A DNA stretch of 64,000 nucleotides from a virus (taxonomy: Duplodnaviria > Heunggongvirae > Uroviricota > Caudoviricetes): positions 25,253 to 89,252 of the IMG/VR virus record IMGVR_UViG_3300037466_003153. One strand, 5' to 3'. A model generated the notes under the pieces. That model saw only the letters and a program-made list of their open reading frames with translations. It made no database searches and was not told where the DNA came from. Position numbers and translations under genes: made by a program. Shown in pieces: positions 28,362 through 37,112 of this stretch (position 1 is the stretch's first letter; each line of letters begins with the position of its first letter).

Positions 28362-28590
28362 GGAAAAAGAAAAAAAGGCAGCCGAATTGATCGCTAAGCG
28401 CAACGCAGAGATGCAACGCAAAGCGGAGCTTGAAGCTAATCACAATATGCTAATGGAGCAATGGAATATCGCTAATAGCATCAAAGATGAAGCTAAACGC
28501 CTGAAGCATACTGCTAAAATTTCTTATTGGATCGAGAAGGTTGAAGCGGAGCTTTATTATTCTAACACAAGATTGTCTGAAGCCGTTTAA
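28348..28590 (+). CDS. Small coiled-coil protein overlapping the hicA-like 3' end (80 aa)
   Basis: The ATG overlaps the hicA-like stop by 14 nt, which makes it a possible antitoxin partner. Confidence 0.35.
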   Translation: MFNNKEKEKKAAELIAKRNAEMQRKAELEANHNMLMEQWNIANSIKDEAKRLKHTAKISYWIEKVEAELYYSNTRLSEAV

Positions 28591-28781
28591 TTTCCTTGTT
28601 TCGGCTTTAGATATGGGAGAAGTTGGTTAAGGATGATCGACTTCTCTCTTTTAAAAAGTGTGTAAGGATTATACACTGACTGTAAGATATACAAGGTTTC
28701 TTAATAACCTAACAAGGAATCGTTAGGGTTTTCCTTGGCACAAGATGTGCTTTATAGTATGGTAAGAAATGAGGAAAGATT

Positions 28782-29189
28782 ATGACTAAACAAGAAGCAT
28801 TGGCTAAGTTTTTGGGATATGGCACCGAAGGTGTAGAACAATCTAGCTATGATGAAAATAGTTTTTCGTGTGGCCGTGAAGAGTATCTAGTGTTGACTGA
28901 TTCGGAAGCTGATGAAAAAACTAGAGAATATATTCTTGATAGTGTTTGGGCTTTTAATCCAAACTTCCTAGCGTCTCACGCTAAAGAAGGAATTGACGAA
29001 GATGTTATCAAGGCAATTCAAGACAATGGTAAGTGTGAAAGTAACAACAAAGCTTTAACGGCTTTACTTGATGACGTTGATCATTTTGTTAACGATGCAA
29101 TTCGTTCAGACGGTCGTGGTCACTTTCTTTCGTCCTATGACGGTGAAGAGAACGAAGAAGGTCAATTTTTTATCTACAGAACTAATTAA
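28782..29189 (+). CDS. Acidic hypothetical protein (135 aa)
   Basis: ORF. Confidence 0.45.
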   Translation: MTKQEALAKFLGYGTEGVEQSSYDENSFSCGREEYLVLTDSEADEKTREYILDSVWAFNPNFLASHAKEGIDEDVIKAIQDNGKCESNNKALTALLDDVDHFVNDAIRSDGRGHFLSSYDGEENEEGQFFIYRTN

Positions 29190-29276
29190 GGAGTTTATAT
29201 GCATACTGATCAATTTGATTATAAAACTGAATGTAGTTGTCATGGTAAAAAACTCATTAAAGGTTAAGAGGTAGTT

Positions 29277-29729
29277 ATGAAATTCATTGAATTCTGTTTA
29301 GTATATTGGACTGGTATGGTCATGGCAATAGCAGTTCAAAGTTGCGGCAGTGCCCCTAGCAGCTCAGTGTTGCCAGTTGGAGACACTGCAGCAGCTCCTA
29401 CAGAGGTTTTTGTTAGCAAGACGTACAATATGAATAGTACAACGCTAGGACCAGATGTTAACGGATTTAGTGTTAAAACTATTGTTCACTTGCCATCAAG
29501 TGTAACAGTTACAAATGGAGCTAGTCCATCAGGTAAAACAGTTTACATTAAACTTAATTCAATGACCTGTCGATACCTTTGGTATACTGCTAATGTAATG
29601 AACTTCGTTGACTGCAATGGTAGCACCACTAAGGATTATACTTTACAGTCTGGCACCATTACGCTAGATAGTACTGGATCGGGATTGTCGGTTAATGCCT
29701 TTGTGAACACAGAGGAGTTAAAACAATGA
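29277..29729 (+). CDS. Lipoprotein (150 aa)
   Basis: Signal peptide followed by lipobox AVQSC. Confidence 0.45.
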   Translation: MKFIEFCLVYWTGMVMAIAVQSCGSAPSSSVLPVGDTAAAPTEVFVSKTYNMNSTTLGPDVNGFSVKTIVHLPSSVTVTNGASPSGKTVYIKLNSMTCRYLWYTANVMNFVDCNGSTTKDYTLQSGTITLDSTGSGLSVNAFVNTEELKQ

Positions 29730-29900
29730 AAGTATTTATGGCATTTGTTTTTGGTTGGTTGTTTCATGTTATGGCGTTTCAATATGCATCGGATAATATA
29801 GTTATTAGATATATGCACACTGGAATTCTTGAACAGAACAAAATTGAAAGAATTGTATTTTGGACGCCTAATTTTATTAAAAGAGAATGGAAGAAGTAAA
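29727..29900 (+). CDS. Small membrane protein (57 aa)
   Basis: Hydrophobic N-terminus. Confidence 0.3.
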
Positions 29901-29916
29901 TCCTAAAAGGAGCTTT

Positions 29917-30219
29917 ATGAAAACACTTTTAGTTATCACAAGTTTGATGTTTGTCGGTTGTTCTAGTCCTGTTCATACGGGAGAGGTCATTGGTCTTGTT
30001 AGTGGTGTTAGCTTAACTGAAACCACGTTTGTTCAAGGTGTCTATGTTTGTTTAACCGATCACGGTAAGTCATTGGGATGTTACAAACATTCTAGTGTTT
30101 ATGAGTACAGCAGACTTAAAGAGCTGGTTGGTAAGCACGTTAAAATGAAGTACGAAATTCACATTGGATTTATTCAAGATCATGATATAATCACCGAAAT
30201 TCAAGTAGAGAAAGAATAA
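29917..30219 (+). CDS. Lipoprotein (100 aa)
   Basis: Lipobox MFVGC. Confidence 0.45.
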   Translation: MKTLLVITSLMFVGCSSPVHTGEVIGLVSGVSLTETTFVQGVYVCLTDHGKSLGCYKHSSVYEYSRLKELVGKHVKMKYEIHIGFIQDHDIITEIQVEKE

Positions 30220-30221
30220 TT

Positions 30222-30443
30222 ATGAAAAAATTTAAATGGGTTGTTGAAATTGAAATCGATGAAACTTGGGTAGCTGATGGTTACGAAGCTAAAGCCGATA
30301 GAGTAAAAGATGCAATCCTAAATTACTCACTTGGATATGCTTATGATCATGAAGTTAACGTAAAAGTTCTTAAAGCGCCAAGTAAAGACAGAATTAAGAA
30401 AGCTCAAGGATATCCTGTTAAAAAGAAAAAGAAAGCTGCTTAA
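30222..30443 (+). CDS. Hypothetical protein (73 aa)
   Basis: ORF. Confidence 0.4.
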   Translation: MKKFKWVVEIEIDETWVADGYEAKADRVKDAILNYSLGYAYDHEVNVKVLKAPSKDRIKKAQGYPVKKKKKAA

Positions 30444-30624
30444 CTTCGCATATCCACAATTGACGTATTCACGTCGAAAGGATTGATATGATTGTTAAAT
30501 TGTCTCTGTTAGCTATCAGGTGTGCAGTGTTAGCTGGTATAGTTTACGGATTTAGTTTAATTAATCCAAAGCTAGGTGTACTTGTTGGCTTTTTGTTCTT
30601 TATCTATTTGTTCTAGGAAATCAC

Positions 30625-30656
30625 TAAAAGGGCTTTACAAATTTAACTTTGGTACT
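30625..30656 (+). promoter_or_regulatory. Conserved ~32-nt element copy 2 (AAAAGGGCTTTACAAATTTAACTTTGGTACT)
   Basis: Near-identical to 27946-27979. Followed by a 150-nt AT-rich untranslated stretch. Confidence 0.35.
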
Positions 30657-30808
30657 GTATGATTGAAAAGAATACACTAATAACGGATATGAAAGCTAAC
30701 GGCTACGCTTACGAGCTTCGCCTATCAAGTAAGCTAACGGTACTTGGTAGCTAACTATTAATTCCTGTTAATAATAACATATTTTTAATAAAAAAACAAG
30801 AGGGTGGC

Positions 30809-31009
30809 ATGGAAAAGATTTATAAAAAAGGAACTAAGATTAAAATGTTTGCAAGTTGTAACTTTGTTGGTTGTGATATGGAAGACGAATTTACACTTGA
30901 ACATGATATGACCGAAACAGAAGTAAATCAATTGGTAGATGATTTTGTTATGGAGTCAATCCAACCAGATGGTTATTTCAAAGTCATCGCTGAAAATGAG
31001 GAAGAATAA
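30809..31009 (+). CDS. Hypothetical protein (66 aa)
   Basis: GGAGG-like Shine-Dalgarno. Confidence 0.4.
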   Translation: MEKIYKKGTKIKMFASCNFVGCDMEDEFTLEHDMTETEVNQLVDDFVMESIQPDGYFKVIAENEEE

Positions 31010-31290
31010 TTAAAAATAAATTTGACAGCCGACAATAAGTTAGATAAGCTAATAGTATAAGATGTAATGAAGCATCTTAACCTTATCCAAGAAAGGGTAT
31101 TGAATGAGAACTGGAAGTCTTGTTAGCGTTAAAATCGATAGTTCAATTGTTGGAACCGTAGTTAGTGTTCAGTGCGATATTGTTGAAGTACGTTTGCAGT
31201 CGGGCAGCTCCATTGTTGCCCATAAATCATTCTTTAATCTCATATCAAATAACGTAGTCGTCCTTAAATAACTCATTCGGAGGAGTTGTC

Positions 31291-31485
31291 ATGGAAACGA
31301 AACAAAAGCGTAAATACGTCAAAAAAGACTTTGTTGAATCATCCGTTCGCAAGGCGAAGTGTGGTCATATCTCTAAACAAGGTCGTTGGTTGAATTGCGA
31401 AGATTGTGTTCCTGTGTTGCCAGAAGATAACGGCGATTGGGATTATTTCAACTTAGGTTCAGATGAACTTGAAGGTCTAGAATAA
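31291..31485 (+). CDS. Hypothetical acidic protein with C-terminal ELEGLE
   Basis: ORF. Shares the ELEGL motif with the next gene. Confidence 0.4.
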   Translation: METKQKRKYVKKDFVESSVRKAKCGHISKQGRWLNCEDCVPVLPEDNGDWDYFNLGSDELEGLE

Positions 31486-31512
31486 ACTAATAACAAATCA
31501 AAGGAGTGATTT

Positions 31513-31794
31513 ATGAGAAATAGTTATAGCTTTACCGAACATGTTTTTGTTGACGTGAATGACCATGAGTACTTTGTTGAAATCGATGGCACCAAATCTC
31601 TAGATGAGTTTGATCGTCGCACATGGCATGTCGAGTTTGATAAGATTACTATTACAAACGAACAAGACGAATACATTAATAGCAATCATCCTGATTATGA
31701 AGAGATCATGGAAGAGCTAGAGAATAGAGAGTTTGGTAGCGAATATGAACTTGAAGGTCTAGATGGCGATGATGATTTGGACGAATTGTTTTAA
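31513..31794 (+). CDS. Hypothetical acidic protein with YELEGLD motif
   Basis: ORF. Possibly paralogous to 31291. Confidence 0.4.
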   Translation: MRNSYSFTEHVFVDVNDHEYFVEIDGTKSLDEFDRRTWHVEFDKITITNEQDEYINSNHPDYEEIMEELENREFGSEYELEGLDGDDDLDELF

Positions 31795-31955
31795 TAAGGA
31801 GTTTGTATGGCTTTGTTAATGGCTAAATGTCTATTAGGTTTTTTCGGTGGTGGAATGATTGGTTGTTCAGTCAAACCTAACTGGAAATATTTTTGTCTTG
31901 CAATTGCAGGTTTGTTGATATGCGAACTCACAATGGTTCTTAAATAAGGATTAAT

Positions 31956-32474
31956 ATGAAATACTCGTTAATTGTTATCTGTTTATTGTTAGTAGCTTGT
32001 GGCCGTGGTCCGCAAGGTGAACAGGGTGTCCAAGGTGTCACAGGTGCTACCGGACCTACTGGCGCTAACGGATCTTCGTGTACAGTCCAACAAGCTAATA
32101 ATGGTGCAATTATTTCTTGCACAGATGGTACTAGCGTATTAGTATTAAATGGTAGGGATGGGATTGATGGCACCAACGGAGCCGACGGTAAAGATGGTGT
32201 CGATGGAAAAGACGGAACGAATGGCTTAAACGGTACTAACGGTATCAATGCTCTTCCGACTGCTTATTCGATTAAAGAAATCATTGATCCATGTGGAACA
32301 ACTCCTAACACTTATAATGAAGTGTTGTTGAGATTGGAAAACGGAACTCTAGTTGGTTACTTCGAAGATGGTGGAGCAAGATTTTTAGCAACCATTAGTC
32401 CTGGCTACTACGAAACGACAGATAAGAGTAAATGCAAGTTTACGGTTCATACGGATATGACTGTAACTTGGTAA
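31956..32474 (+). CDS. Collagen-like (Gly-X-Y repeat) lipoprotein (172 aa)
   Basis: Lipobox LLVAC. Two Gly-X-Y triplet runs (GPQGEQGVQGVTGATGPTGANG; GRDGIDGTNGADGKDGVDGKDGTNGLNGTNG). Confidence 0.6.
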   Translation: MKYSLIVICLLLVACGRGPQGEQGVQGVTGATGPTGANGSSCTVQQANNGAIISCTDGTSVLVLNGRDGIDGTNGADGKDGVDGKDGTNGLNGTNGINALPTAYSIKEIIDPCGTTPNTYNEVLLRLENGTLVGYFEDGGARFLATISPGYYETTDKSKCKFTVHTDMTVTW

Positions 32475-32523
32475 GTTACGCTAACGTGTAACAAAAACAA
32501 GGAAGGAAAGACGATGGCAAGGA

Positions 32524-33108
32524 ATGAACGCAGCTATCTTAGCATTGATTACTTATTACTCGGGAATGTATGGAATCGATCCAAACGTTGCTGTAGCAGT
32601 GGCTCAAAAGGAAAGTCAATTTCGAGTTGATGCGGTTGGTTCCAAGGGTGAGATTGGTTTGTTCCAACTTATGCCTAGTGCCTTTCCTAATAAAACCAAG
32701 AAAGAACTCTTTAATCCTAAAACTAATATCCAACTTGGGATTAAGCATCTCGCTTGGAATAAGAAATATTGCAAACACAAAGATGATATCAATTATCTCG
32801 TTTGCTACAATTATGGAATTAAGAACGCTGAGCACGTAAAGTATCCGCATCTTTTTCCATACGTCAAGGATGTTAGAAATATTATGAGTCAATTCAAAAA
32901 AGACCAAAAGGTAATGGTCCAAGGACTTCACTATGGACATGTAGACGGTGAAGGTATTTATCTTGGTGTGTCAACCGAACATGGTTACGTTGGCTATCTT
33001 CGTATCCAAAATGAATTTGGTTCAATCATGAAAGTTGAGCCGCAGCGTGTCACAGATTACGTTGCATATTGGGAAGAAAAAAAGAAAAGTTTCGCTAAAA
33101 AACATTGA
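32524..33108 (+). CDS. Lytic transglycosylase (SLT domain) - endolysin or virion-associated murein hydrolase
   Basis: SLT motifs AQKESQF...GLFQLMP. Confidence 0.7.
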   Translation: MNAAILALITYYSGMYGIDPNVAVAVAQKESQFRVDAVGSKGEIGLFQLMPSAFPNKTKKELFNPKTNIQLGIKHLAWNKKYCKHKDDINYLVCYNYGIKNAEHVKYPHLFPYVKDVRNIMSQFKKDQKVMVQGLHYGHVDGEGIYLGVSTEHGYVGYLRIQNEFGSIMKVEPQRVTDYVAYWEEKKKSFAKKH

Positions 33109-33133
33109 CGCTAGTCTGAATAGGCTGTTTCAT
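33105..33133 (+). promoter_or_regulatory. Weak promoter-like sequence (TTGACGCT-17-TTTCAT)
   Basis: Has the -35 of the TTGACGC family. The -10 is poor. Confidence 0.2.
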
Positions 33134-33171
33134 TAACATATGACCAAGAAGCTTACACGGAGGTAAGCTGT

Positions 33172-33465
33172 ATGTTAAGAGTAGTTGACAATGATAGTCA
33201 AAGTGTAGAGAATAACATCATACCCTTTAGGACTAAGGGTAAAGGAGTGCGTATGTTGAACCTGGATGTACAGGATGTAAGTGTTGTTGTCAAGGCAAAA
33301 TTACTTAAACCTATTGCATATAATTGCTTTGGTGTTCAAGTAATGGTTCCAGCGGGAACGGAAGTTACACTGGATGTGGATAAGATGGTCGCTTTTATCC
33401 CTGCACCGTTTAATGCTCATACCGATGTATCGATGGATGAGGTGCTAATCCAATACCAAAACTAA
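33172..33465 (+). CDS. Hypothetical protein (97 aa)
   Basis: GGAGG Shine-Dalgarno. Confidence 0.4.
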   Translation: MLRVVDNDSQSVENNIIPFRTKGKGVRMLNLDVQDVSVVVKAKLLKPIAYNCFGVQVMVPAGTEVTLDVDKMVAFIPAPFNAHTDVSMDEVLIQYQN

Positions 33466-33489
33466 ATAGATTTTTTTAGTTGACATAAG

Positions 33490-33527
33490 TCCCCAAGTTA
33501 TGCTGATAGCTTGGGGATTTTTGTTTC
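33490..33527 (+). terminator. Rho-independent terminator (CCCCAAGTT...AGCTTGGGG + T-run), overlapping a TTGACA promoter-like hexamer
   Basis: A 9-bp stem, 8-nt loop and ATTTTTGTTT tail. Confidence 0.5.
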
Positions 33528-33560
33528 TATAAGGTATGAAAAGTGTTAGGTGTAACTTCT

Positions 33561-33911
33561 ATGCATGTACTTATTGTAGAAGATGATGAAATTACGCTGG
33601 ATGTACTTAAAACTGTTATAGAAATGGAATGTCAAGCAAGATGTTATGCGGTGAATAATCTTGAGGATGCGCTAACGATATTAAAAGGTGTTCACTTTGA
33701 TCTCTTAGTTGCTGACCTATATCTAGATGACGTTGCTATTCCTATTATTCAACTCGCTAAACAACAGAAAATACCCACTGTAGTTATCAGCGCCGCTTCT
33801 TTTGCTAGACAAAAAATGCATGAATTAGGAGTTGAACATTTCATTCAAAAACCTTTTGAGTATGAAACTTTCGTACAAGTCATTGAATCTATTTGTGTAA
33901 AAAATAATTAA
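33561..33911 (+). CDS. Stand-alone response-regulator receiver (CheY-like REC) domain protein (116 aa)
   Basis: MHVLIVEDDE...FDLLVADLYL...TVVISA pattern of receiver domains. Acidic pocket plus conserved Asp and Thr/Ser. Confidence 0.6.
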   Translation: MHVLIVEDDEITLDVLKTVIEMECQARCYAVNNLEDALTILKGVHFDLLVADLYLDDVAIPIIQLAKQQKIPTVVISAASFARQKMHELGVEHFIQKPFEYETFVQVIESICVKNN

Positions 33912-33920
33912 AAATAGATG

Positions 33921-33949
33921 TTGACGCATTGTATTGGGTAATTTATAAC
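33921..33949 (+). promoter_or_regulatory. Early promoter, TTGACGCA family (TTGACG-17-TATAAC)
   Basis: Upstream of 34006. Confidence 0.4.
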
Positions 33950-34005
33950 TAATATCAAGCTAGTCAAAAGATTGGCGATAACTAAAACATAGGAGATAAA
34001 ATAGT

Positions 34006-34677
34006 ATGGTAAGCCAAGTAATCAAGAATCACATCGCAGAAATCGAAAACCGGAATGTTCCAGAAGCCCTGAGTAAAATGGGACCAGAGATTCAAAAGCT
34101 CGCTGAGTCAAGTGAAACTGCTAAGAACGTTCTTTACCGGTTGGCAGTGAGAGAAAGACACACCCATAGCGTTGAACTTCCTCGGTTTAAGAATGAATTG
34201 ATCCAACTTAAATTGAAAGTTGTTGATGAAGATTTTAATTATACCTTCAAACGTCTTGATGAACTTAAGGTTGGCGCTTTGATTTTTGGACGCAAAGGTA
34301 ATTCAGATCGTTTCGAATTCCATTATTCTATGCGCGACGTTGGTAACTTGTCTTATACCAATCCTTCAGTGCTTTCGCCGTTCATTCGTGCTAGAGATGA
34401 AGCTAAACAAATGAGGAAACTTTACCTTGAAAGTCTTTCAAAGCGTACTGAAGCGCCTAAGAAGCGTCGTGGACGTAAAGCTAAGATCAAGGCAGCTCCA
34501 GCTCCTAAAGTGGAAGCACCCAAGGTTAAAACTGAAACTGGCACCGTTCACATGGCTAATAAGATTCTTTACGTACCAATCCGTAAAGGGTTTGGAGTTC
34601 AGATTGTTGTACCTTCTGACTTGAACATGACCGAAGCTGAAATCATTTCCGACGCACTGAAACAGCTTTCAGCTTGA
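34006..34677 (+). CDS. Basic Lys/Ala/Pro-rich DNA-binding-like protein (223 aa)
   Basis: Histone-H1-like tail KRRGRKAKIKAAPAPKVEAPKVK. Confidence 0.5.
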   Translation: MVSQVIKNHIAEIENRNVPEALSKMGPEIQKLAESSETAKNVLYRLAVRERHTHSVELPRFKNELIQLKLKVVDEDFNYTFKRLDELKVGALIFGRKGNSDRFEFHYSMRDVGNLSYTNPSVLSPFIRARDEAKQMRKLYLESLSKRTEAPKKRRGRKAKIKAAPAPKVEAPKVKTETGTVHMANKILYVPIRKGFGVQIVVPSDLNMTEAEIISDALKQLSA

Positions 34678-34781
34678 AGTTAGGATAGAAGCATGTGATA
34701 ATAGGAATATTGGAATGTGTAGATGCGGATGCCGGTGCCGCTTAAAGCAAAAACCGTCTACACTACCAATAAACCTAAATT

Positions 34782-35042
34782 ATGTCACAATTGAAGTACG
34801 ATATAGCTGAGTTTATAATTAATAATAGAGATGAGATTAAAGACCACATCACAGATCAGCTTTCCATGCATTATGATTATAGCTCTTTGTTTCAGGAATA
34901 TCCTGAAATGTATGAGGAAATCCTTAAAGAGAGGTTTAGAAATCTACTTTTGAGTTTCCTTGTTAGTGAATTAAATCTTGATTATGAAAGTTTAATATTG
35001 ATCTTAGACGACGAATTTGTTAAAATAACTTTAGATTATTAA
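34782..35042 (+). CDS. Hypothetical protein (86 aa)
   Basis: ORF. Confidence 0.4.
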   Translation: MSQLKYDIAEFIINNRDEIKDHITDQLSMHYDYSSLFQEYPEMYEEILKERFRNLLLSFLVSELNLDYESLILILDDEFVKITLDY

Positions 35043-35059
35043 CAATCGGAGGTTATTTT

Positions 35060-35341
35060 ATGTCAGTTCGTATTCGTTATTTTGAAACTAATGAACCTGG
35101 AATTATCCAATCTGTAAAAATGTTCCAGCATCCAACTAATGGCGCTCGCTACAAAGTTCGTATCAATGAAAAAGAACTTGAGTACCATGTCATCGAAGAT
35201 ATGAGCGATACTGTTTCTGCTTCAGGACGTGCTGCTAATCTTCACCAAGTTAAAATTAAAGCTAAGAAAACTCTTCAAGAACTCGGTATTGAGTTTGAAG
35301 AAACTGAAAAGCGTGCTCGCACGCCAAAGGCATTAGCATGA
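35060..35341 (+). CDS. Hypothetical protein (93 aa)
   Basis: GGAGG Shine-Dalgarno. Confidence 0.45.
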   Translation: MSVRIRYFETNEPGIIQSVKMFQHPTNGARYKVRINEKELEYHVIEDMSDTVSASGRAANLHQVKIKAKKTLQELGIEFEETEKRARTPKALA

Positions 35342-35399
35342 CTTGTTTTATTGTTGTGCTATTTTTCGTTTATCTTACATACAAAATGTAATCAAGTTT

Positions 35400-35460
35400 G
35401 GTGGGTGGGGCCTTGAAACGGTACGTCCTGTAAGCCTCGGAAGTATCGGCCCACCGAAAC
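35400..35460 (+). ncRNA. GC-rich structured 5' leader element upstream of the ribonucleotide reductase gene
   Basis: GGTGGGTGGGGCC...GGCCCACC closing stem with internal stems. It is a GC island in otherwise AT-rich intergenic DNA. Confidence 0.3.
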
Positions 35461-35486
35461 AATTCTCTCTTTCTAATAAGGAACCT

Positions 35487-37112
35487 ATGACAGAGTTTGA
35501 TGTTTTTTCTAGTAAATTCGCACAAGATATTTTCCTTCAAAAGTATTCTATGGATAAACAAGAAACTTGGGAAGATACTTGTCGTCGTGTTGTTAGTAGT
35601 GTATGTGGTCAACTTCTCCCTAAAGAAGAACAAGAAGAAATCTTTAGAGCCATGTATGAAAGAAAGTTTATTCCTGGTGGGAGATATTTATATTCAGCAG
35701 GACGTGCTTTACATCAAGTAAATAATTGTTTCCTATTTAGAGCTGGAGATTCTCGTGAAGAATGGGCAGACGCCATGCAAAAGGCAACATCTGCTTTAAT
35801 GACGGGTGGAGGAATCGGCTTTGATTACTCTACACTCCGAGAAGAAGGCGCTCTTATTAAACGTACTGGCGGAACTTCTACCGGTCCTATTGCACTAATG
35901 AATATGGTTAACGAGGCTGGACGTTACATTATGCAAGGTGGTGCAAGACGTTCTGCTATTTGGGCAGGATTAAATTGGTCACATTCTGATATTGAAAAGT
36001 TCTTAAAGCTCAAAGATTGGCCAGAAGAAATTAAGAAGATCAAAGAAAAAGATTTTACTTTTCCAGTTCCAATGGAATTAACTAACATCTCTGTTATCTA
36101 TGATACAGAATTCTTTATTGCTATTGAAGATCCTAAACATCCTAAACACAAACTCGCTAAAGATATTTGGATGAAAAATTGTAGACAAGCTTTCAGTACT
36201 GCAGAACCTGGAATGTCTATGAATTTTCGCAAGGATAATGAATCACTTCGTAATGCTTGTACTGAAGTCGTTAGTGAAGACGATAGCGATAAATGTAACC
36301 TTGGTACAATTTGGATCAATCGTATTAAGGATAAAGATGAACTTGCACATATCACTCGTTTGTCTACTAAGTTTCTAATTTGTGGCGGCATTTATTCGGA
36401 CGTTCCAAATGATAAGATTAAGCAAGTTGGCGACAAGAATAACCGAATTGGATTAGGTTTGGGTGGTATGCATGATTGGCTTATGCAGCGCGGTGAAGAT
36501 TATGAAGTTACTCCTGAGCTTCATAAGTGGTTAAGTATTTACGAACAAGAATCAGATGGTGCTGCTTTCATGTATGCAAGAACGCTCGGTGTGTCTGTTC
36601 CTAAAGGCGTTAGAGCAATTGCACCAACTGGAACCATCGGTATTATTGCCGAAACTACAACAGGAATTGAACCGCTATTCTGTAAAGCTTACAAACGTCG
36701 TTATCTTAAAGGCGGTAAAGATTGGGTATATCAATATGTTGTTGATGGATCTGTTAAGAGACTTCTTGAACAAGGTGTTCCGCTTGAAAAGATCAAAGAT
36801 TCTTACGATCTAAGTTTTAAACAACGCGTTAAGTTTCAAGCGGACGTTCAAAATTACGTTGATATGGCTATATCTAGTACTTGTAATTTGCCAGCTTGGG
36901 GTAGTGAAACTAATAACGAAGAAACATTAAAATCGAATGCAAAAATCCTATTAAAGTATGCGAAACGTCTTAGAGGATTTACTTGTTATCCTGATGGTTC
37001 TCGCGGAGGTCAACCTCTAACCAGAGTTGATATTAAAGAAGCTTTGGATAATGAAGGAACTGTTTTTGAAGAAGTTGAAAATAAATGTGTTAACGGTGTC
37101 TGTGGATTATAA
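35487..37112 (+). CDS. Ribonucleotide reductase, probably class II-like monomeric (541 aa)
   Basis: Motifs VNNCFLF (active-site Asn-x-Cys) and GGGIGFDYSTLREEG...GGTSTGPIALMNM (RNR glycine-rich segments). C-terminal Cys pair CVNGVC. Start chosen at the ATG at 35487, downstream of the structured leader. Confidence 0.55.
   Translation: MTEFDVFSSKFAQDIFLQKYSMDKQETWEDTCRRVVSSVCGQLLPKEEQEEIFRAMYERKFIPGGRYLYSAGRALHQVNNCFLFRAGDSREEWADAMQKATSALMTGGGIGFDYSTLREEGALIKRTGGTSTGPIALMNMVNEAGRYIMQGGARRSAIWAGLNWSHSDIEKFLKLKDWPEEIKKIKEKDFTFPVPMELTNISVIYDTEFFIAIEDPKHPKHKLAKDIWMKNCRQAFSTAEPGMSMNFRKDNESLRNACTEVVSEDDSDKCNLGTIWINRIKDKDELAHITRLSTKFLICGGIYSDVPNDKIKQVGDKNNRIGLGLGGMHDWLMQRGEDYEVTPELHKWLSIYEQESDGAAFMYARTLGVSVPKGVRAIAPTGTIGIIAETTTGIEPLFCKAYKRRYLKGGKDWVYQYVVDGSVKRLLEQGVPLEKIKDSYDLSFKQRVKFQADVQNYVDMAISSTCNLPAWGSETNNEETLKSNAKILLKYAKRLRGFTCYPDGSRGGQPLTRVDIKEALDNEGTVFEEVENKCVNGVCGL

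Noticed and set aside
35343-35486. N-terminal extension of the RNR ORF (start at 35343).
   Set aside because: It would translate through the GC-rich structured leader into odd sequence. The ATG at 35487 has a proper Shine-Dalgarno (AAGGAAC) and begins the conserved protein.
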